Assembly: GCF_009914755.1 (NCBI RefSeq)
Contig: NC_060931.1
DNA: 64,000 bases
Reading direction: 5' to 3' (one strand)
Source: the human T2T-CHM13v2.0 reference genome, Homo sapiens
The position numbers and the translations under genes are program-made. Position 1 is the first letter of the stretch, and every line of letters begins with the position of its first letter. This document shows positions 33,386 through 49,483 of the stretch, one piece after another. Below the pieces are notes generated by a model, which did no database searches, had not been told where the DNA came from, and saw only the letters and a list, made by a program, of their open reading frames with translations.

Positions 33386-34987
33386 AAATTTTTATAATGT
33401 CTCTGAAAAACCTTTTAGGTTAAAGCTTAATTTAAATCTTAGTTCAAAAAAAAAATCTTGGTTTGACAAAAGCAACATAGGCTCTAGCCTCAGATGAGGC
33501 TGGGCAGGGCCCCCTGTTCTACTGTTTTAGTCACTCTAAGAGCCTCAGCAGACCTCTGGGATCCTCAGTTACAACTGAGGGGCTGTCAGGAGGACGAGTT
33601 GAGAGAAGTTGTATCAGTGGCTGCCCACTGCCTGGCCCAGAACAACTCAGCCTCCAACAGACATCTGTTTTTTTTCTAAACATTACCAAGGATTTCTAGC
33701 AAGCCACTTAATCTTCTTCTCTGTCAGCCATATATAGGACACTTCTGTGTCAGCCCTCTCTGGGGGCTTTGCCTGTGGCATCTCATGTCCCGGCAGGGGC
33801 TCCTGCGTGGGTATTCTGCAGCCGCACCCCAAGGTTGAGTGAGTTGCCCGTCCTGACGCGAGCGGTCAGTTTGGAGCTGAGCTGCGTCTCCGCTCCGTGG
33901 TGGCAGCGTTCTCAGCTGCCTGCGGGAGCCATGGAATTCAAGTGCCTGATTGTTCTGTGAAGCAAGCTTATGCTCTCTGGGTGTGTCCTAGAAGCCTGTG
34001 CTGGGACTGTGCTGCCCAGAGACCAAGAGCCTCAGGTGATCTCTCCCTCCTGCCAGGCTGCAGGGTTGGGGGCCGTTTCTTCTCCGCACTGGCGTCCTGG
34101 ATGACAGCGGCAATGATGACCCTGGCCACTTCCACTGTGTTTGTCACCCTAGCCTTGTGGGATCTCGTTTTGCTTTCTCAGCAACCACACAAGGGGTGTC
34201 TTATAACCGAGGCCTGGCGATGACAAGGCTGAGGTTTAGGGTGGTGACGTCCCACCATCACAGCCAATGGGCATGTGCGCATTCTCTCCTCTGCAGCGTT
34301 GATGTGGTGGGGGTGAGGTTTGAACCATGCTCTGAACCCCACAGCATGGGATGCTCACTTTCCCCATCCACAGTCCTCTTAGCATCTCCATAATTTCTCA
34401 AAGCACCCTGAGGCCACAGAAATGCCTGACGGTTCTGTTTATTAAGTAGTTAGGTCCAAACAACGGAAGTGTTAATATGCGCTAACAATTATAATTGCCA
34501 TGTAAAAAATACTACACAGTAGTTGAAAGAAATAATACTTGCATTTCTTTTTTCAGTGACCACAGTTAGTTCCTAATGGGATGTCTGCACCCGCCTGGGA
34601 CTGCCCACCTTCTCAGACCTTGGGACCAGATGGTCCCTCGTCACCCTCATTTCCCGGTTCACTTTGGTTTCCAGGCAGTACTTGTTTCCTTATCACAACA
34701 TCCACCAAAAACTCTGCTTTGCAAAGACAGGATATATCCAAGGACTCGTGGCATGCTCTGACCCGGAAATGGAGCCACCTCGGGCTGGAGGCTCACGTGT
34801 GTCCCACTGGCATTGAGTGTCCTGTGCATCCCTGCAGTGCTCCTGGGAGGTCACTGCAGCATCCCAGGTGCCCTGGGGCACAGTGGGAGACTGTGTTCCT
34901 ACAGTGACCTCTTTCTACACAGAACTCCAGCTACATAGCAAACCCAGTGCCAACCCCACCACTACTCATCAGTAGAATCTCCTGTAA

Positions 34988-35701
<714 letters not shown>

Positions 35702-38132
35702 TAAAAAAAGTAAATTAATGAATCTGGCTCTGCCTTCCAGAAGCTTATCTTTTGAAGTGCCCACTTTAAATAGTGTGAAAACTCCAGGAATGGGGGGAAG
35801 TCACTACTAGAATTGGACACAATCTGTTGCACATTCTGAAGTCATCTGAGAATCGCAAGTGCTGAGTGTGTACAATTAAAAGGGCCTCCTGTTGCCTGGA
35901 GTCGAAGGAATTAAGCAAAGGCAGGGGGAACTGAGCAGGGGAGGGCACTATAGACTGCAGGAACCTAGTTTAATCTTGCTTTAAACCATTCAAAGAAAGG
36001 AAAAACAAACTAGTGGGAGGAGGGATTTTTAAAAGCTGAGCAGGAGGCTACCATTCGGAAGAAGAAGACTTTCCAGTTCAGACCCTTCAGGGACCAGTTC
36101 AGTGGCTGGAATTAGAGCTCTGCTTACCACTGATCCCAGAAACGGGGCTGCCCGGGTAGGAAAGAAAGAATTCTGGCCTACCGTCTGCCCAGTCGCCTTT
36201 CAGGTCTGCAGTCGGCCATGTTTTGGAAATCTGGCAGAGACTCCTTGGTAGATGTGTGTACACAGAAGGAATTCCCTTTTTACAGATACACACGTTAGCC
36301 CCTGCCCTGCCCTTTGTGAACACAGCACACACTTCTTTCCTGTTTAAAGCTGAAAGAAAAAAATCCATGGGCATAATAATTCACGTTGAGCCAACATTTC
36401 ACGGCTAAGCAGTGGTTGCCAATACTTCCAATTTATGATCGTCTGTTTCACCAGCTAATGGGGCTTCATGAACTCATTTTCATGTTTTATTTAAACAAAT
36501 ACCTGTAGTTAAAAGCAGCAGTCTGTTGTTTATGGTGGAGCTTGACTTCGAAGCTCGAGCTTTCCTGGGCTGGGTGTAGCCAGAGGCCTGGGTTTGGAGG
36601 TGCCTGTGCTGTCAGGGGCAGCAAAGTTGCAGTGAGAGCACCAGGCAGACTCTCTGCAGGTTCCTCTCGGCAGCCACGTTGTCCCCTTCTGTGTGTGGCC
36701 TGTGTGTTTTCCCTTCCTGCTCACTGTAATGTGCACCTTGTGTCACAGAAGCTGCAGTGGACGCCTGCAGCTCTTTGGAGGAGAAGGTCCTAGAGGAGAT
36801 GAGATCGGATGTTATCACCTTACCAGCCCAGCATCACCCTGTGCCCCCAGTGATGCCCGCATCAGGGGAGCTCCCCCCAGCACCCACCATGTAGACATAG
36901 TTTTCCAGTGGAACATGCTGGCAGCACCATGAAATTCTATTCTGTGCTGAAGGCAGAGTGTCTCATTGAGAAGAGCAAAAGAAAAACTGTGTTCGTGGGC
37001 AAACCTGGCTGCCGGTTTCTGGAAGTGTTGGTGCGGCACCACCATGCTCTCGCAGGCTTCCTGCAAAGGCTGCACCTGCTATTAAAGGCAGCTGCAGGAG
37101 CCCAGGATGACTGACGGCTTGGGCCTGGGCTCAGCACCACTTTACGGGCCAGAGGCGCTGTTGGAAACGTAGGTTTATTAGCCCTGGTCTGTGGTGAGCA
37201 CCCCCAGCTTCCATTTTAATTCGAGGCCTGGAATGAGAGGGAAGCACGGAGTAGGGGGCGGCTGCGCCTGCCCGAGTAAATTGCCCATTGCCCGCTCATT
37301 GTAAATTTCAGCGTCCTCCACTCTCCTTCAGTAAACTCTGATTTATGAGGGCCAGGATGCAGACAGACAGTTTGTGATTGGATGCACTGCTCTCTTCTAG
37401 AGAATTTACTTTAGATCAACAGAAAATTATTTCTGAAGCTCCTCTGGCCATTAGTCTCAGTTAGGCAGCCATTGGGAGCAGGTAGGATGCCAAGCGGGAG
37501 GTACCCCCGCTCCTGGCTCCGGGCGCCTCTCTCCTCTCTCCTCTGGGAGCTGGAAGCAGAGGATGCATCCCCTGGCCAGCACTGCCTGAGCCCTCCACGC
37601 ACCTCCCCCAAAAGCTGTTGTTCATAAATTAGGGGACGTCTTTCCCACCTCACGCCCACCACTCTGTCTGTGCTCACAGGCATCACACGTCTTGGGCCTG
37701 CACCATTTCTGCTGGCGTTTCTCTGCAGATCAGCCTCTCTAGCTATCCGTTTGGTTTTTGTTTGTATCCACAACCATTTGAGCACACTATATTATCAATG
37801 TTGATCCTAATAAATTCTATCAACACTGCTCTTCCTGAAGATGCTGGAATTGCCGTGTTTCAGCTCTAGGTCGACATGACAAACATGACGCTGTGTTTCA
37901 GTAAATTCTGATGAAAAACAGCTTTTAAACAAATAAAATTTTCTGGCAGACAAGTTGTAATATTAAACAAAGTCTGCTCTTCCCATAGGTTCAGAGTAGA
38001 CCCCGAGGATCAAATTATTTAGCGATTGACCAGGTGTGACCCACCAAGGTCAGGGATGTCTCAGTTCCCTTGCACACATCAGGAGGAGGTGCTGGAGGAG
38101 GAGGCGCTTTGAGAGCAGGGTCTCGTGCACCA

Positions 38133-38737
38133 TGAGAAACAAACTCACCCGTCCAAACCCAAAGAATGGACTCAGAGACCCGGAGAACAGCGAAAGTGAG
38201 ACTTTTAATGCCGGTCTTGCAAGATCGAGTGTGTGGTGGGCAGGCACACTCAGCACGGCCACAACAAGCGATTTATCCCCTAGTGCTCAGGCCCCTCTCC
38301 CAGTTCCTCATAGGCTGAGCACTATGGGGTGGGGCGGGGGAGGTCACAGTCTTCCCGGACATCGCCTATTGGTTGTTGGGCAGGGGGCCGTAGGTGTTTT
38401 TTTAGGGTTGTCCTGTTGCATTTTGTTGCAGCCCACAATGCACTGCAATCCTAGTCAGCTCAGGGGGTCTTCAGGTATTTGACTTACGACCTAAGTAGCT
38501 GGGCAGGCTGATAAGAACAGACGAAACGAGCTATTCTGCAGGATAGTAAACTTTCATCTTAGACTAAACTTCTTTGGTTGGGGTGGGGACAACTGAGGGA
38601 TTGGGGGAGGCTGAGAAGCAGGCATTTGCGATTGAAGCAGGGGCTTAGTGTATCCTGTTTCTTCTGTAGTTTGCTGACCTAAGCTGATTCAAGGTACTTT
38701 GTCTTGGAAACGGACCATGTATCCATTATTTCCTTCA
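38133..38737 (-). mobile_element. ERV solo LTR, family not assigned
   Basis: TG...CA termini, about 605 bp, near-TSD acca/tcca, minus-strand ATTAAA near left end, MIR-like sequence to the right. Confidence 0.7.
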
Positions 38738-38917
38738 TCCACTGAGGGCTGTCTTGGGTTCCAGCAAGTCCACGAAGCTTTCTGTGGCTTGGTTTCTTCC
38801 TTTGTGAAATAGGATAACAATGGCTCCAATTTCAAAGGTGTGTTGTGAGGGTTACATGAATGAATGGGGCAGGCTAGATGTCTTAGACGTCAGGGTGGGC
38901 AGATGAGGGAAATGCTA

Positions 38918-39295
<378 letters not shown>

Positions 39296-39947
39296 AATAA
39301 AGTTAGGAAGGAAATGGGAGAAGGCAAAAATGAGTGGTTGGCCTGGGTAGTCGGCCTTCTCCCCTCTCCCTGGGAGGAGGAAAAGGAGACCAGGACCTGA
39401 GAAGCAGCCAGGCGCCTTTGATGAAGACACCACAGAGGATGGTTTAGTGACCCTCCTGGGCCCAGGCAGAGACCCCAAAGGCAGGCAGGCAGCACCACTT
39501 GGTGACAACTCACAGGATGGCAGGTGCTCCAAGTGCTCTGGAGGCACCCAGCAGCCAGGCCTCCCCTCTGGTGGCCCTTGTTCCTTGGAGCTCCCCACTG
39601 CGTCCGCCCACACGGGAGTCCCCTCAGCCCGCACACAGAAGCTGCCAGGCTGTACGGGGCCTGTGGCACGGCCAGGGGGAGCAGTTTACGACATTAAATT
39701 TTTTTCAAAATATAAAGTCTCAAGATGCTGTCCTCTAAATTCTTGTTTACCTGCAAGTGCAACTCCTAGCTTTATTTATTGCTTTCATCAGAATGAGGAG
39801 GAAGTTTCAGGTGCGTCCTAGCGCTTCTATATCCCTGAGGTTATTGACTAGAAATAGGGAAGAGCAAGCGTTTTCAGCTGTTTTCTTTTGCCTGTGGACC
39901 TATGAGCTCTTTCCACCACTGTCTCCCTCTTTAAAAGACACTTTTAA

Positions 39948-40313
<366 letters not shown>

Positions 40314-40604
40314 GCAGGTCTTTTTTCTCTAAGCCCCAAGTCACAGTGGAATCCCAGGTTGAATAAATTTTCGTCATGAGGCCCCACTGGCCTGAAGAGA
40401 GTATAGGGGGAAATCAAATTTATTAGAAAACAGGATATATGAAAAGGGGAGAGAGAGCTAGAAGCAAAACTCACACACTCAGGTGAAAATAAACTTTTCC
40501 AGTGCATTGCAAAATGTAAGAGTAATCTGTCAGTCATTTCTTGAAGGAAAAAGTAGAAGTGTTTCCATGAATTAGTTGCAACCGAAGAGCAAGCCATTGA
40601 TTTA

Positions 40605-41036
<432 letters not shown>

Positions 41037-41361
41037 TCATGTTTCAGTTCACGCACCTGGTGCTGAGGTTACCAGAGCATCCCAGAGGCCCTGTCCTTAT
41101 GAAGCTCGCCCTGGTAGGGAGGGATGGTCCCCTGTGGTGGGACCGTCACTCCCATAAGCAGGTTTACGAGATCGCATTGGGCACACAGAGGAAGGAGCCT
41201 TGACCTGTGTCTCATGTCAGTAGCACAGTGGCTCTAAGCTGCCTTCAGCACATCCAGCCAAGCTCTCCATAGCTCCAAGCCTGCAACGATGGTGCTGTGG
41301 AATTCAGGTGAGCCCTTGGCCTTCAGGAGACCAACACTGGTCTGGTCCTGTTGCTTTCTAG

Positions 41362-41553
41362 GCTATCAGATCTCTTGGGAAGTGTACGGCAGGAACGACT
41401 CTCGTCTCACGCACACCCTGAACAGCACGACGCACGAGTACAAGATCCAAGGCCTCTCATCTCTCACCACCTACACCATCGACGTGGCCGCTGTGACTGC
41501 CGTGGGCACTGGCCTGGTGACTTCATCCACCATTTCTTCTGGAGTGCCCCCAG
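41362..41553 (+). CDS. SDK1: SDK1 internal exon D (192 bp, phase 1->1), C-terminal part of second FN3 domain
   Basis: ttgctttctAG|GCTATCAG...CCCCCAG|GTcagt; (G)[63 protein letters not shown]. Confidence 0.96.
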
Positions 41554-41880
41554 GTCAGTAGAATCGTGTGCGGTCCTCCTGCTGTCACCTTTCTCTTGGA
41601 GATTCCCGAGGCTAGAAGTTGATTGGCACTTTGGTGTGGAAGCCACTGAGTGCCTTGAAAAGGAGTAGTGGCCTCCTGCCAAGATGCTGGAGGGTAAATG
41701 GGTGTTGACCCCACTTCAGCCCCATTCTCCAGAGCATTCCACCACGGCCTCACGTCCCTTCTGTCTTCCCCTCCTGCTTTGGCCTCAGCCAGTTCCCAGA
41801 ACATGCGTTGAAAGTGTTTAAAGCCAGTTCCCAATGCATATCTAAAATGCCATGAATACTTTCAAAACAGTAGCGATGAT

Positions 41881-42249
41881 TGTATTAGTCCATTTTCATG
41901 CTGCTGATAAAGACATACCCGAGACTGGGCCATTTACAAAAGAAACAGGTTTAATGGACTTACAGTTCCGTATGGTTGGGGAGGCCTCACAATCATGGCG
42001 GAAGGCAAGGAGGAGCAAGTCATGTATTACATGGATGGCAGCAGGCAAAGAGAGAGCCCGTGCAAGGAAACTCCCGTTTTTAAAACCCATAGATCTTGTG
42101 AGACTTATTCACTATCATGAGAACAGCACAGGAAAGACCTGCCCCCATGATTCAGTTACCTCCCACCAGGTTCCTCTCATGACACATGGGAAATGTGGGA
42201 GTTACAATTCAAGATGAGATTTGAGTGGGGACACAGCCAAACCATATCA
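41881..42249 (-). mobile_element. THE1B-like MaLR solo LTR
   Basis: tgtattagtccattttcatgctgctgataaagacataccc...ggggacacagccaaaccatatca; exact 5-bp TSD ATGAT. Confidence 0.92.
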
Positions 42250-43305
42250 ATGATGATGGTGTGTGGTTTAATTGGGTAAAAATTGGTATATATAGCGACC
42301 AAGGTTAACACTAGAAGCACATCTGGGTGCAAGTTACCAGAGTTTTCCTGAGATGTCTTGGACATTGTTTATCCAGGGCAGGGAAATGGGTTAGCTGACC
42401 TCCGGAAGGCTGTGCTTCCAGAAACACTCTGACGCACACTACGTCTGGAGCCACAGAGTGGAGTGTTAGAGGGGAAACTGAGGCCTGGCTGCTTTGGCCA
42501 AACCCCTGATAACCAAGGTGCAGGGAGGCACTGGAGTTGCTGTTCCGTCATTGCCAAGGCTGAACGCTTGTAGCTGGAGAGGGGTCTTAAAGCCTTACCC
42601 ACTCATCCTGGGTAGTGGCTGGAGGCAAATCAAATGGCGAGGACTGCTTTGGGGACACCATGTTCTGTTTACCGTGCTTGAAGTTTATCGCCATTAATGA
42701 TTGAAGAACCATTTAAAAATCCAGAGAGCTGAGAAATAGGAAAGAGTCCACTTGTCCTTCAATTTAAACATTTTCTATTTCAAATTCATTAAAAACTAGA
42801 TGTGGAAAGGACCCTTGAGATCCTACAGACCCTGCCCATGCCGATACTGAATTGATCACCAAAATAGTTTCATTGTCCCTGTGCAAGACCTGGTTTCAAA
42901 CACCCCAAGCAACAGCAAATGAGGAAAGCATTCCTCAGAGATAGTGAGGTCTGAAAGCTGCCCTAGCCTTGCATTTTTCTTTTCTTTTTCTTCCCCATTT
43001 TATCCCCTTATCTTTCTCTAGAGTATTTTGCATGGCACAGTAACACGAAAGCTCTCGTTTTGAACTCATAATGCTACAATTCCGGGTGGGAGATGCTCTT
43101 TGGGGAGCGGCATCTGAAGGGTCTCTCATCTAGGAGTAGGCTTGAGCCACGGGCACCCTCAACGGGAGGCTCATTCAGAACCCACCTTCCACCTTATCCA
43201 GTTGCCTGAGCAACTGAATAGAAGCAGAGGAAGGAGAGTTCTGCACTTGCACGAGAATTTGTTCGTCTTGGAAACGAAATCCAAGAAGCCTAAGGCTCAA
43301 GACCT

Positions 43306-43374
43306 GATCCTGACCGGGTGTCACGTCGCCTGGGAGCAGGCGATCCTGACCGGGTGTCACGCCGCCTGGGAGCA
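43306..43374. repeat. 36-bp tandem duplication
   Basis: gatcctgaccgggtgtcacgYcgcctgggagca at 43306 and 43342. Confidence 0.9.
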
Positions 43375-43826
43375 ACCCTGGGCCTATGCACTCTTCCCTC
43401 CATCCCTCCGAGGCCGCGGTAATTATGAAAGGAAGTACGGCCCGCTCGTTCTCTGTGTGGTTTGAGGAGCCAGGAAGAATTACATTCATTCATCCTTTCC
43501 TCATTCAGCCAGCATCTGTTAATTACCTACGAAGTACAGAGATGCGTAAGACATGACGTGTGCCTGCAGAGTTTCTCATCAGGGAGGCCATGTTAGCGAC
43601 GTGTCTCCCAAAGCCCACTGGGTCACCCCATTAAAGCAAAAACCATGCACTGATCATGCCCCTGGGGAAGCTGTGCTGCTTCTCACCTTCATGGTTTTGA
43701 GAGCAAATCCTTTTTTGGTATAGAATCGTTTTGAAACTGTTTACTTTTGAAGCTGACACGTTTGATACCTTTCCTAAGCTGTGACGGACTGTAAATCTCT
43801 CCCTTTCCTCCCTGGTTCCTCTCTAG

Positions 43827-43948
43827 ACCTTCCTGGTGCCCCATCCAACCTGGTCATTTCCAACATCAGCCCTCGCTCCGCCACCCTTCAGTTCCGGCCA
43901 GGCTATGACGGGAAAACGTCCATCTCCAGGTGGATTGTTGAGGGGCAG
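43827..43948 (+). CDS. SDK1: SDK1 internal exon E (122 bp, phase 1->0), start of next FN3 domain
   Basis: ttcctctctAG|ACCTTCC...GGGCAG|GTacgt; (D)[40 protein letters not shown]; next exon not found in window. Confidence 0.96.
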
Positions 43949-45047
43949 GTACGTGTGTCGTTAGACTGGGAGCTGGCATTTGCGAAGAGCAGTGTTGGGG
44001 CCTGTGAATGAGTGGTACCCCTGCAGATGATGGCTTGGGGTGTCGGGGAGATGGGTGTGCTTGGAGAGGGAGAACCAGGGGCTGGAGATAGCCCAGATAC
44101 CAGGGCAGAATGTAGGAAGACAAAGAACAAGATGTCAGGCCGGGGTCCTACCAGGTGATAAGACAAGGATAAGAAGGGTTAAAATGAAAGTTGTGATTCA
44201 AAATAGGTACCCAAAATTGGATAGTGTCGTTGATTGAGTTTTTAAAAATTCTATATCACAATTAGCTACTAAATATACTAATAGGATTAATTGCTTGGTA
44301 CAGCTTGTGTGTCATTAGCTATGCATTCATTCAACAATATTTTTAGAGACGATTGTTCTATCAGCAGGCACTATTCTGAGCACGGGGGCTATTGCAGTAG
44401 ACAAAGCTGGCTGAGTTTCTGCTGTCGAGGAGAAAAGTGCTGTCTGGGAAAGAAAGACCTCCAGCTGTGGGAAAGCTGTTATATTTGAGGGACAGCGAGG
44501 AGGGTGGGTGCTGGAGGGAGGGGAGCAAGCCCTGCGGTGGCAGGGAGTGAGTCTGGGGAGAGCTGGGGGCGGGTTCCACAGGACTTGAGAGAGTGGACTC
44601 CGCCGAGAGACTTCCGGTCCGACTCCAGCTGTGCAAGTGCTGGAGCACGCAGGGGTCCGGGACAGTGCCAGGCTTGAATAGGATCATGCTGGCATTGGTG
44701 AAGCCGTGCAATCTGCCACTTCCATGTTCCAATAAAAGCAGGAGGAAAAAGATAAAGGGCCAAATTATGAGGAGTAGTAAAGTTTCAAAATAGTTATTAT
44801 CTGTAGTAAAATCCTTGTGGTTTTCATGACTGTACTTATGCTATACTGCAAGACGATCCACTCCTGGAAATTGGCCGTAAATTAGGGAACAAATCCTATC
44901 TACCTCTTCAAAAGTTTCATTAAGCAAACATTTCTGAAAGTCTAAGGAGGATCCTGAAGGCGCAAACCATCTGGATGGGACTGACCCACAAATGGGGCTG
45001 GAACAATTATTTACTTAGGAAAAATAGCAGTAGAGCCCTACCTCACA

Positions 45048-45255
45048 TCATCACACACCAGGGACTGTTGTGGCGTTGAGGGGGTGGGGAGGGATAGCAT
45101 TGGGAGATACACCTAATGCTAAAAGACGAGTTAATGGGTGCAGCACACCAACATGGCACATGTATACATATGTAACAAACCTGCACATTGTGCACACGTA
45201 CCCTAAAACTTAAAGTATAATAATAATAAAATTACAATAAAAAAAGAAAAAAGAA
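45048..45255 (+). mobile_element. Short L1PA 3'UTR insertion inside an older L1M ORF2 fragment
   Basis: gggagggatagcattgggagatacacctaatgc...ccctaaaacttaaagtataataat. Confidence 0.9.
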
Positions 45256-45592
45256 AATCAGTCTTCAGCAAATGAAGACTAAATTGATGAAAGCAAACTT
45301 TAAAACGCTTAGGATTAAATATAGGACAAGAATCACAATGTCTCATGAAAACCAATTCTACTATTAAAATCCATCTGCAGAAGTAGCCAGGCAATACTTT
45401 TAGGCCCGCAGAAGCACGCGCTGTGGTCTTTGGTGTCTGACGATGCCGCATAGCTGAGGCCAGGAGGCAGCGCTCTCTGCAGGCTTTAGAATGTGGTGTT
45501 ACGCTAGGGCTAGGCAGGCCACAGCGACAGAAACGCCAGCGTCTTCAGGGCTCAACATACAAAAGCTCATCTGTGCATCCAGGCAGGCCTAG

Positions 45593-46081
<489 letters not shown>

Positions 46082-46619
46082 TGTAAAGAGGTTTTACATT
46101 TTTAATGTAAAACATCTTAAATATATGCAAAAGGAAGAATAGAGTAAGCCCTCTTATACCCATCAGCAAAAGTCAATGATCCTCAAGATTTTGCTGCATC
46201 CATCCATCCCTGGTTTTTTATTGGCGTATTTTGAAGCATATTTCAGACCACATGTCACTTTTCCCCCATACACATCACACATGTGTCTAAAATGCCTGTT
46301 CACATGCCAATATGGATGAATTTCACAGGCATAATGTTTAACAAAAGGAAAACCAGACCCCTGCTTGGAGCATATACTGTGTGATTCCATTTATAGAATG
46401 TTCCAAAACAGGAAGAAGTAATCTTTGGTGTTGGAATAACAGGTTTTCCTGGGACCCTTGTGGTTACTTACCGTGGGGGTGACAGTGACTGGGAGGGGGC
46501 CACCTGAGGAGGGGGCGTCTGGAATGGCAGGAGTGCTGTCTTTTGATCTGGGTGCTTATTTTGTGTATACACCAGTCGTCTGTGAGCTTGCCTGTATGTC
46601 TTACTTCAGTGAAAACTTT

Positions 46620-46928
46620 GGCCAGGCGTGATGGCTCACACCTGTAATCCACACTTTAGGAGACCAAGGCAGGCGGATCACTTGAGGTTGGGAGTTCGAG
46701 GCCAGCCTGGCCAACATGTGAAACCCCATCTCTACTAAAAATACAAAAATTAGCCAGGCATGGTGGCGCACGTCTGTAATCCCAGCTATTCAGGAAGCTG
46801 AAGCAGGAGAATCGCTTGAACCTGGGAGGCGGAGTTTGCAGTGAGCTGAGATCATGCCACTGTACTTCAGCCTGGGCAACAGAGTGAGATTCTGTCTCAA
46901 AAAAAAAAAAAAAAGAAAAGAAAAGAAA
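46620..46928 (+). mobile_element. AluS
   Basis: Forward Alu with A/(AAAAG) tail. Confidence 0.92.
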
Positions 46929-46984
46929 TTTTTACATGAAAATATGGATGTCTTTTCTCATGATACCATTGTCACACCTGATAA

Positions 46985-47283
<299 letters not shown>

Positions 47284-47886
47284 AATTTGAACATTTTAAT
47301 ATCATCTAATAGTCAGTTCACACTCAGATTCCCCCAAATTTTCCAAAACATCTCTTTACGGTGGTTTTGATAAAAGTAGGATTCACGCAGGGTTCACACT
47401 ATTCATTTTGTTGTCATGTCTCTCAAATTGTTAAAAAAAAATGTTAACAGCTTTATTGAGTTGCAATTGACATACAGGTTTAAACTGCATATATTTAAGA
47501 TGGACAGTTTGACAGCTTTTGACTTAGCTACACATATACACACACCTGGGAAGCTGTGACCACAGATGAGATAATGAACAGGTTCCTCACCCTCAAAGGT
47601 GTCCTTGCAGCCCCCACTATCCCTCCCTACCAACCCTCCCCGTCCCCACAACCACTCATCTGCTTCCTGTCACTATAGGTTACAGCTCTGTTAATCTAGT
47701 GGAATCCCCCACTCTTTTCCCCCATGCAGTTGCCTCGTTGAGAAAACCCAGCCAGTCATCCCATGGGACATCTGCATTGGAGATGCACCTGGTTACATCC
47801 TTGTGGGGTCACTTGACCTGTTCCTCTACCCCGTTTGCCCTGTAAACTGGAAGTTCATTGCAAAGAACTGGTAGATTCCATTTCCA

Positions 47887-48680
47887 CTCCTCCCTCCCTC
47901 CCTCCCTCCCTCCCTCCCTCCCTTCCTTCCTTTTTGCCTCCCTCCTCCCTTCTTTCCTTCTTCTCTCCCTCCCTTCTCTTGTCCCTCCCTCCCTCCTTTC
48001 CTTCCTTCCTTCCTCCACCCCTCCCTTCTTTCCTCCCTCTCTCCCTTCACTTCTTCCCTCCCTCCTTTACTTCCTCCCTCCCTTCTTTACTTCCTCCCTC
48101 CCTTCTTTACTTCCTCCCTCCCTCCTTTACTTCCTCCCTCCCTCCTTTACTTCCTCCCTCCCTTCTTTACTTCCTCCCTCCCTTCTTTACTTCCTCCCTC
48201 CCTCCTTTACTTCCTCCCTCCCTCCTTTACTTCCTCCCTCCCTTCTTTACTTCCTCCCTTCTTTACTTCCTCCCTTCTTTACTTCTTCCCTCCCTCCTTT
48301 ACTTCCTCTCTCCCTTCTTTACTTCTTCCCTCCCTCCTTTACTTCCTCTCTCCCTTCTTTACTTCCTCCCTCCCTTCTTTACTTCCTCCCTTCCTTCTTT
48401 ACTTCTTCCCTCCCTCCTTTACTTCCTCTCTCCCTTCTTTACTTCCTCCCTCCCTTCTTTACTTCCTCCCTTCCTTCTTTACTTCCTCCCTCCCTCCTTT
48501 ACTTCCTCCCTCCCTCCTTTACTTGCTCCCTCCCTCCCTTCTTTACTTCCTCCTTCCCTCCCTTCTTTACTTCCTGTCTCCCTCCCTCCCTTCTTTCCTC
48601 CCTCCTTTCCTCTCTCCCTCCCTTCCTTCCTTTCTTCCTCTCTCCCTTCCTCTCTCTCTCTGTCTGTCTCCCTCCCTCCC
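47887..48680. repeat. Polypyrimidine tract with 20-bp minisatellite core (CCTYCTTTACTTCCTCCCTC)
   Basis: About 800 bp almost devoid of G on + strand; 20-bp period from 48061. Confidence 0.97.
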
Positions 48681-49483
48681 TAAGACTGCTTCCCTGTTAC
48701 TACAGCAGGGTGGGGGCACGTAGGTCTAGTCGCCCCACTCAGGGATGCTAAGTTGGGTGGCAGAGCGTAGCAGCCTGATGCCTACCTTGTGAATTTCTCC
48801 ATCAGCTTTTTATCTAATGGTCTCATCCATCCATGATCTTTGCCTGAATTAATTATGTTCTTAGGATATTCAAGATGATAATTTTATATTTCTATCAGTC
48901 TTTCCTCATTTAGCTGTTGGAACTCTAAAAAGAAGCATCTCTGCTCATCCCTCAGACTATTTAGTTACTCTCAAATGCAGGAAGGCAGAATAAATGCTTA
49001 ATTCTTTTCCCTTAATTACCAGTTTCCAGGGTGAGGAATTGGTCCCCTGGTTACTTCCAATGTTAAATAGATTTTTCTTTCTTTTTCTGTCTTGTGATCT
49101 CTTTTGCTGAGTATCATCATGAAAGCATAGGTTCTTACCTGTTCAGTGGGTTTCAGTCACCTGCAGTCATTATTCTTTTTGAACCTAGAATTGGCCTGTC
49201 TTTGGCCTAGGGAGGCTTTCGTATCCTGGGGCTCCGGCATGAGGCTCCACTCTTTGATGACTTCCTGCCTCAAGCTGAGATGGAGCCATGCCTGCAGGGC
49301 CTTGGTTTCATGAGTGTCAAATGCTGTTTAAAGACGATAACCTGAGCACCAAGGTGGATCTCCTCGCTCCCAGCTGGTCCCTGCTTCGACACCTTCCCAG
49401 TAGACAGAACATATTTTCTGAAGCATCATGAGTTCATACTGACGTTTCCAATGAAATTTCAGGTTACTGACCTTAAATGTATA

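Noticed and set aside
47835-48751. 282-aa and 297-aa ORFs
   Set aside because: Open only because a C/T-rich repeat lacks stop codons; low-complexity product
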